Origin: Giardia intestinalis
Taxonomy: Eukaryota
DNA: 64,000 bases
Assembly: GCA_000002435.2 (NCBI GenBank)
Contig: CM018793.1
Reading direction: 5' to 3' (one strand)
Positions 61,301-64,000 of the stretch are shown piece by piece. The notes beneath the pieces were generated by a model, which was not told where the DNA came from, did not search any database, and saw only the letters and a list, made by a program, of their open reading frames with translations. Position 1 is the first letter of the stretch, and each line of letters starts with the position of its first letter. The position numbers and the translations under genes were made by a program.

Positions 61301-64000
61301 TGTTGCCCGGTGCCTATGGTGATATCAATGCGATCAAGAAGGCTGAATACAGCTGTAAATAAGTGCTTTATGTACTCCAGATATCTACCATAAGAGATGC
61401 ACAAAGCTGGAAGCAGCCGGGACCTCAACGTCGTGAAGGCAAAGGTCAGGTTGACATGACTGTCTGGGAAACTAGGCATGAGACACTCTTCAACCTGCTC
61501 TAGAGAGCATGCTTCTACGTTGTGTTGTGGCAGAGGTGAAGCAGAGTCATAAGCGTCCATCATAAGCAGGGATAGCATGCCTGTCGGGGTGTATCTTCGA
61601 GACGAAAAGATTGGGGGATTGTATATGTAGAAGTGGGCCTTCATACGCAGCCTAGGCTGGTTGAGACTATCTAGCTCATATCTGTCAATCACAAGAAGTG
61701 TATCGATAGCGTTTCTGCATGCAGTCAAGAGATCCTGGGTTATGACATTAGAAATACTGAACGTGTTGCCTGTACTGTCCTGATACGTGTCTCCTTTAGA
61801 AAGAAGCGCATAGAGCATCCTATCGAAGCTATATATGCAGGACTTGATGGTATTGTTAATCAGCAGGATGTTACTTGTACATCCCTGCTTAACCCAATTG
61901 GAACACGTAAACTTTGTTAGAAGAGCATACTGAATGAGGTACGCGTAGGGGAATAATTTGTTTGTGGTTAGTTCTGTGTAGAGCGTTTCTTCGGTAAGAA
62001 ACAACAATCTTAGTTTATCGGGGGATAGCAGTGCAGAGAGAAATGGCAGGGACATATAATTAAAATAGCGAACGAATACTTCCCCTAGTTTGAAAAACAA
62101 TGGGGATGGATAGTGACAATCGGCGTAATATGCAATAACGGGCTCCAGCGTTCTTTGGATCAGGGGCGCAATGGCGTCCATGTTTACGCCAGCAAGCCCG
62201 GATGCAATGCATTCAGCAGCGATTCTTAGCTCGTAGTAGAGATACTTGAGTTCCACCGTGGTCCAAGAAACACCTACAACAGGGACATAAAAGATCTGGC
62301 GGTCGCTAAGGGACACATTAAACGATGTAGGGACCACTGAAAAGTATCTGTTAGCTTGCTCCTTTGAAATAGAATGGTAGCCAAAGGAAGCAAAGTAGCG
62401 CGCATAGCGAGTCTCGTCAGCAAACGCGAGTATGCCCCGGAGGCAGGCCACTGTCAGATGCTCCTTTAAAGAGCAGAGAAAGCTACTTAAGCCGTCCGGG
62501 GACGCGGTGTCGACACTAGCAATGCATTGAGAAAGGCCAGCAATCAGCTGGAAGATAAAGTTGATCGCTGATCGCTGCAACAGGCTACAAAGGCGTATCG
62601 CATGCATGCGATCAGCCAGCTCCAATTTTGCACCGTGAGAAAAGACAGCATCATAGTGCATTCCCCTGACAAATGCACAGAGATTGGAGAAACACTGCTG
62701 AGCATGGCCACCTGTACTCTTTATTGCTGTGTAGATAACAGCATAGAACCTTTGAGACCCTAAGTCGAGGAGGCTAGCCCTAGCACTGCAAGCTACATCA
62801 CATGTAACGTTGAGGGCATAAATCAAATGCTCCTGAGCCTGTTTATACGTTCCAGCCCTAATAGCAGAAAAAACCTCCTGACTATTAAGAAACTTCAACC
62901 CAATCTCTAGGAACGTAGATTCTGTAAGTGATGCCATCTTTGCAAGTTCCCCACGAACATTAAAGACGCCATCTGCGCACGAGCCGAGGATTTTTGGCAG
63001 GATGGTTTCAGAGAAGGCAGAAAAGAGCACTCTATTATAGAATGTAGGAGGTTGCTTGAGCCAATCCAGAAGGCGGTAGAAGGACTTGGCATCTTCGTAA
63101 AGGAGAACAGTAACGCGATTCTTCAATACGGGATGAAGAGGGACGGAGTTAGAAAACTCGTAAGAGCCGTAAATGGGAGCGCACACGTGTGCTGCTTGCT
63201 TCAGCGTCTTCGTGATTGAGATCAAGGCAAAGGCAGTCATGGGAATCAAGTCGTGGCTCGACGTGGAGTGAGAAATGGCTGAAAGGATCTCTCTGGAGAA
63301 AGAAAGGAGCCCAAGTGCCAAGCTAGTGCGAATAATAATATGGTGCTTCAGCCTTCCAACCAAGTCCATAAGGGTTAAGAGAAATTTGCATATGTGGAGC
63401 ATTGGAAACTGACTTCCCGCCCAGTGGCGCACAACGTGCTCTAGAAAAAGACATGCCTGAAGCCCAATAACAAAGCAGCCTCCATATGGACAGACGTGCG
63501 ACTGAGCAGACAAATCGGGAGTGCTGATTGTGTCCAGCTTAAGAAAAATATCCTGAATAATCACGAGCATTAGTTGACGCATGTTGTCACTAACAACATG
63601 GTCACTATGTTCACACTTCCCCAACATCATCAATAGGAAAACATTTAGGACGTCGTAGTTATGCTGCGCGGTCGCGGCTGAAATGATATAAATCATCAGG
63701 GACTTGCCGTTAACTATGGTTTTCTCAGACTCGCGCACAGGCCAAGGAAGCGAGATGGATTGCAATATCAAGGATAAGAGGATGTAGTGCAGAGAAGCAA
63801 TGTGACTTATCCCCTCTGCACTGTACTGCATTGCACAAAGCCCCTTTGGATGATTAACTATCAGAAGGAGGTCGTCTATCTGCATTTCCCAGACTTTTCC
63901 GCTTGAGGTGGCAGTGGGGAAGTCAGTTAAGTTGATTCCTAGCAACCTCCAGGCGTGCTCAAGCAAGATCAAGACATTGAATGCGACAAAATCCTTGTCT
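49312..64000 (-). CDS. Giant protein-coding gene of more than 4,895 codons in the window, 5'-truncated by the window edge. Leu-rich and predicted alpha-helical; no enzymatic motif recognised.
   Basis: Uninterrupted minus-strand ORF from the stop at 49312 to the window end. Track codon 63970-63972 is TTG and the frame stays open to 64000. No Walker A (GxxxxGK[ST]), so it is not a dynein or midasin. The composition suggests a HEAT/ARM-like solenoid. Confidence 0.6.
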   Translation of the reverse strand, partial: DKDFVAFNVLILLEHAWRLLGINLTDFPTATSSGKVWEMQIDDLLLIVNHPKGLCAMQYSAEGISHIASLHYILLSLILQSISLPWPVRESEKTIVNGKSLMIYIISAATAQHNYDVLNVFLLMMLGKCEHSDHVVSDNMRQLMLVIIQDIFLKLDTISTPDLSAQSHVCPYGGCFVIGLQACLFLEHVVRHWAGSQFPMLHICKFLLTLMDLVGRLKHHIIIRTSLALGLLSFSREILSAISHSTSSHDLIPMTAFALISITKTLKQAAHVCAPIYGSYEFSNSVPLHPVLKNRVTVLLYEDAKSFYRLLDWLKQPPTFYNRVLFSAFSETILPKILGSCADGVFNVRGELAKMASLTESTFLEIGLKFLNSQEVFSAIRAGTYKQAQEHLIYALNVTCDVACSARASLLDLGSQRFYAVIYTAIKSTGGHAQQCFSNLCAFVRGMHYDAVFSHGAKLELADRMHAIRLCSLLQRSAINFIFQLIAGLSQCIASVDTASPDGLSSFLCSLKEHLTVACLRGILAFADETRYARYFASFGYHSISKEQANRYFSVVPTSFNVSLSDRQIFYVPVVGVSWTTVELKYLYYELRIAAECIASGLAGVNMDAIAPLIQRTLEPVIAYYADCHYPSPLFFKLGEVFVRYFNYMSLPFLSALLSPDKLRLLFLTEETLYTELTTNKLFPYAYLIQYALLTKFTCSNWVKQGCTSNILLINNTIKSCIYSFDRMLYALLSKGDTYQDSTGNTFSISNVITQDLLTACRNAIDTLLVIDRYELDSLNQPRLRMKAHFYIYNPPIFSSRRYTPTGMLSLLMMDAYDSASPLPQHNVEACSLEQVEECLMPSFPDSHVNLTFAFTTLRSRLLPALCISYGRYLEYIKHLFTAVFSLLDRIDITIGTGQQDEQQRVASISATLLKLVSIALHIGERTATNPQDFSCLSTTSARFDAETERALIESTCNCIVQFLPEKIAKLRAMAARLFNSSIRIGARAFCVLNPDFYVPQYKLHTAAFLLASETRISTSDRLELRQLALDGVYLSTLRTMFPRLAESNLSKLSFEAADITDEASAKDFFFIHLSSYIVGLGRAHNFVGIYNLLEKYFFPLLYAGLEKGWLSFDSYVAIVKHYRQILKDFTYDLTGLHMGQMVRFLGPLALAMESFKPLLYMAILMVTQPQDLLIDSLSRLLLFELSMEEVARLDDLCLKVIKQCHWYNYVSIPGQSSTLDLPITVTQYFLAFSLTSLLEVRYSEDIKIGFWRAVLPFLRLFPIVRGYRCCHDPAHYSSAIALMNSYVIMIVSQMSVLRRSRFVFCGRIINYMTSLSNALATTSEESLFDDEDTVLLLQTSSELIFTISTFILGLDLNVVNGSSNHHDALKACITLESDSETDKEVIGLINERKQKHIFAIYKRLLPALADDSILQAALSSIINLIAICYVHILCTSNFMFSQTFDTVSKALEPYLTGLIFVLLKIIAVCPKVGNSEETLYQESNNVMNSITEELEWAQLHKELTVSVKHRAFSIHTESPLKHGLKHYSSGSKGSKSRGSRHQADVLVISHEFLGDILVGLYKLLTPRDVLPNMTGSMAIKHDAHLVVYILTSSIDTRMENIQFREHKSSNEQLRPPKQSTLPDSSKRILPVCIRTTDLSELAIELIVHSGRVAEYKWFLLSILAHTKSSGTEFLLQRTSFLQRLCFALSFDRSFRFEYSARELTLSYRKDIVEECYYYLAKLSSCLFTLHRFIIALSSELRSVYATDWCLEIPSANYDIHPGAPAFYSLDLAASYSGKNIDRTDTLSMLRITLVRYVHAYRYYSNLLKPVILHLHSSYDPKQVSTLSLVLRFSFILLNDIASAPIVKCSVAFMSTNIYNTFFLGHTNIIHALEDLLGLAIVAFTTDRDRRDVSDGAVLKIPSSVLSYIKAFLAQLLEHYKSADRPNSDSAISPSVFMSLYTSLFSESRDIDMRKIDQISWNTLALPQEYLHAYNRYTSMMSSSSDHNKAVLEARVFIFLIHFNLVNQLLRSLEPFSFTIVISTLLFLRMLIYFNSFINFTLTNFNYFKTFFLGEFKDRINELVQFLIHLLNKNVGHYIAVLEPTPAVLFSAIDNEIVILQRECNKLWHLLSPGGYFLESNFFIANLTYHASDFSRYFVDALCKRILWNIVCETVSWYEDESNAAQRDLLHASVKEKLVAFVKFLKQREQLLAQTESECYSHILRDLRLIYLSLENNYVDPTMPLHKDTAQQYILPAAFLYDITSSAPGEIPEDGVIKILFSQVLPQQPLNLLRQRSDAFLLLSLFMRLAARPIDGLAEFCRVVTMYTSSFAILSSFAAETYHDFMTSLLNSTPDRHAWSLDLANEKRDLSRYNCNCHPSILISSQSRMGVQRLYQKLLNYLPTLRNLDSFLFTRNSFYRLVLGLIVEFGHFPCEPDTVISITESFCRHIPQQSNTSMGGLIRNFSKTLGFTSFIPTHAEPTVSGIGAGLPHIGNTAGNKYGFGLIWMFYEFLLKQWKAGPPIEYESCQARAPSTIISRRFYTDLRQNVRVVLELYNIVTDLLSTSAGDGSLPPNNLFQAPIDTAKYFVFSAQSTDGFYDNLTLTCDLQKITHIYLELLAISMQLYDRILFLPRLHDKVSTYKAKMLSGIPKYNEPIIKFEANTLTSIERIFAGRKDTHSIIRKKLEAYMVSADKLYMVREKLQSKETASIIPTSDDIAEIRSVEKGVTDVYREYIEALKKDKKEQLDMLMSYNYLIPRYFHVFNMAINDDPTTLQGICPELFEDFKEQLALRNGPAFSLPHVSEYSLGDIELLRKNLYATVTALFKILHIGVDCFSNQKYCVFNLSGLNKALTWELLLKRTAHASIKLLNDKELRLGWLLPFRLGTPPAPNLLGKQYIYLGTGSWRLSRINVFQAVQPTHPSVYRPNLLYLQSSLGIQKLYYKVFQRLSPVDMFSMQFLKHTGQYREAAAISILYLNHFVNENPEEASEYMVIYLSELRNLYYNPFRTYLQQLSEDKYTQLLSFWINETYYSVSHIQPRIANRETPYNSSPILSHASRMDPRYNMTEARFAYNGHLVAERNMEFLNIPRYIVNYFLNTHGTYVLSYFMSALRQVFSFNSNTHASARFIWDKAILDFHQNIKAIRQKFERAVEVVMASRRFKRDNPQHQDTDKLTDFFNYLNEVLKSSEFNTNAQQSNSLESYSSGQIMASTPVPHINSLCILANLFPGPSEELFGLHLPITVLSSSILSYTQEAFSSFSNASDAVNDAMLYSSPYLDDDKIIQPSILSTLTDSIFLFAYLYPKEAIEFVLKSTILKRSFCTHRSLSNYQFRALPYAININAADFAHLSPIVGFQIATYVPTGCMPGLQGMALTYRLDDLVSGSGKYEQYCKSALDLRASTLHQAFLTDNQVGLASAVTDSKLRSILSCNLDANADQSALKSAVSCDAMLTNLTVESQIYLLYFALTNPLDNAALIRRLLLSIRDMLISERVFLDANITSLLYQYADLSDIYSTLLYSITAIKRAYKQVIDKELLSQGQSLQQAIQSRKRTTDRFYRNFIHLPIVSLLSSFRTRHKDIYLAGPREISTWATCRLMVIISYTKVFSAPYQYLDDLYDESIDAQVRAIARSYSACLWDSLRSNFAITRPHTLNSIIEHALLLGMPAAARVANKKEVNWNEMQKLSNNLPYIAETVRCIRSQIFSLMKSGKFFNHKAVMSEDLKTSAQATSFLADNIKIDDNYAALNECLMYLENPTFLNDYIKTQKHLLEEIRTSLSHMRILVERSEMPFPSTVSESTSMALKSLGAGSNNPGAKDLPRYWQANTDLFLHHIDSFIKHTPAYPSSNSTHLGPVASADSSHLSDPQHSVLSPASLAHLWDLLVSFFVSCINSISNINEAADIETLNQLYESIHIEHVIPSKGVQGDDSTIKRRTTMLRYYRNILESRFCESRDRAALGTFNSMLNFILMPPSVFYMECGPAIANLYDGLSSSSVFSVFLKPQYGQWSMLDSILLYTLITSVMHIHPHHIAYNYRRIFCTISFYPRISRHNSVARLGFLTGLLINMYSDCDRQYPVLLKDGNYTAFPSYHVSPRLFVELTFILGIDILKVRNYLIKSSPIQDDTHQASISLLRQIKYWEILLVLLCEADAYTKEITYLDSSYRFDVLSALSELAKRQPLLRKIAPNSMQYKTDHDGLSLWLYLLHVRGNSSEARASKTSTEDVENIDQLLSLQQIFIGKITQLVSYDVQEKRKKVVYDILLALILEVELCVRNACSSRSVGERSAADKALSMLLGFGFLLFVFAYSIYRISTTLENESISLIAAFDGISAGTAPWYYSITKKLHSHLVAHNYEIFLGKNKTFLVSYKNLISEKFQARQQLIECIDRIINMQAQNGGSSDVVFKFFETYVHDYMCYLRDLVVQRNLESTEFWGIPSINTRRFRASQVVDASLGCHNPQAGATTSPLLTDIIGGFFYDDGLLYAENSISSATHFDIDSFSGVLPTPDPSFAMPAYNNRTDHISSGVGNSLTDNVLSYLIHTSSYCKRPIGPIILFISGLPIVKLSMSNVSYRFGGTVDYLVLEIPNNPYIIDCLSVLMPYAVPLRMGLYKDASNIVNGAINPSSHVIFWEKYINISRNVHVYHCKQTTYVDKFAGCSAATFQYNYRKLFGVRKAVSIGIAQRLILHELFNLPKMQLAEEAYDFSTGEVISFAPLSTPDMYGDTSAFKELCLRSIIIKSLATGQSVQDLHRCSPHTEHFDTQLTSHPRATIGQSLVHTLSLQILMAYCPLAISRAVRHMLLDSKSRYPQAVAQNVARTISVQNATTHISRTWTDEIEMQLLVNGLVEEYEGLQRDNVARAAMLLTSTVSSLDSRIPVSKVCVDSNDYTHINDVSELTVNESLTQPSLEYVAYCIDAGIDEGS

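Noticed and set aside
1282-63092. Many 60-140 aa ORFs nested in or antisense to the large genes (for example 1282-1470, 8133-8366, 13536-13961, 32266-32552, 54553-54771).
   Set aside because: Each lies wholly inside a much longer ORF with recognisable domains or coherent composition. None has motif support. They are expected by chance in long GC-moderate coding DNA.
63-64000. Taking the ORF-track start coordinates at face value.
   Set aside because: The track translates TTG as M (checked at 4435, 26558, 34814, 34739, 38337, 38347, 44132, 45876 and 63972). For a eukaryote, starts were moved to the first in-frame ATG where one exists. The helicase has none and is flagged separately.
49312-64000. 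The giant ORF as a dynein heavy chain or midasin.
   Set aside because: No GxxxxGK[ST] Walker A and no AAA signature anywhere in 4,886 residues. Dynein would show four to six P-loops.
1-64000. Prokaryotic-style features: operons, defence islands, CRISPR arrays, integrases or transposases, tRNA-flanked islands.
   Set aside because: No direct-repeat/spacer periodicity, no recombinase or transposase motifs and no tRNA-like T-loop sequences were seen. Gene content is unambiguously eukaryotic.

Overview
This 64 kb window is a densely packed, apparently intron-free eukaryotic nuclear region with 28 protein-coding genes on both strands and intergenic spacers mostly 12-150 nt. The gene content points to a Giardia-like diplomonad: three NEK-type kinase domains fused to C-terminal ankyrin arrays with the TALM repeat signature, two ankyrin-only (Protein 21.1-like) genes, a deoxynucleoside kinase, short AT-rich initiator tracts abutting each ATG, and [A/T]GTAAAY poly(A)-like signals at or just after stop codons. 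I cannot name the species; the window is roughly 45-47% GC by eye. Confident family calls are the RNA polymerase second-largest subunit (RPB2-like), a RIO1 kinase, a beta-adaptin, a DEAH-box helicase, a Dcp2-like Nudix enzyme, a PMCA-type Ca-ATPase, an FCP/SCP-type phosphatase, a Sec13-like WD40 protein, a Trm6/Gcd10-like protein, a STPG/SHIPPO PG-rich repeat protein and a 5'-truncated gene of more than 4,880 codons. The ORF track calls TTG/GTG starts as M, so several starts were moved to the first real ATG. No rRNA, tRNA, CRISPR or mobile element was recognised. The observations most worth follow-up are (1) a tandem pair of an intact PMCA Ca-pump and a paralog that has lost every catalytic P-type motif; (2) two of three NEK-ankyrin genes lacking the catalytic Asp; (3) a nearly GC3-saturated ankyrin gene whose ORF and codon bias continue about 35 codons past an in-frame TAG; (4) a STPG gene whose internal repeats are encoded with GC3-rich codons in the 5' half and AT3-rich codons in the 3' half; (5) a DEAH helicase with about 200 protein-like codons but no in-frame ATG upstream of motif I; (6) a kinesin-motor-like protein with a Walker A but no switch I/II; (7) an Sfi1-like centrin-binding repeat protein; and (8) convergent genes whose stop codons overlap in TTAG/CTAG tetramers.
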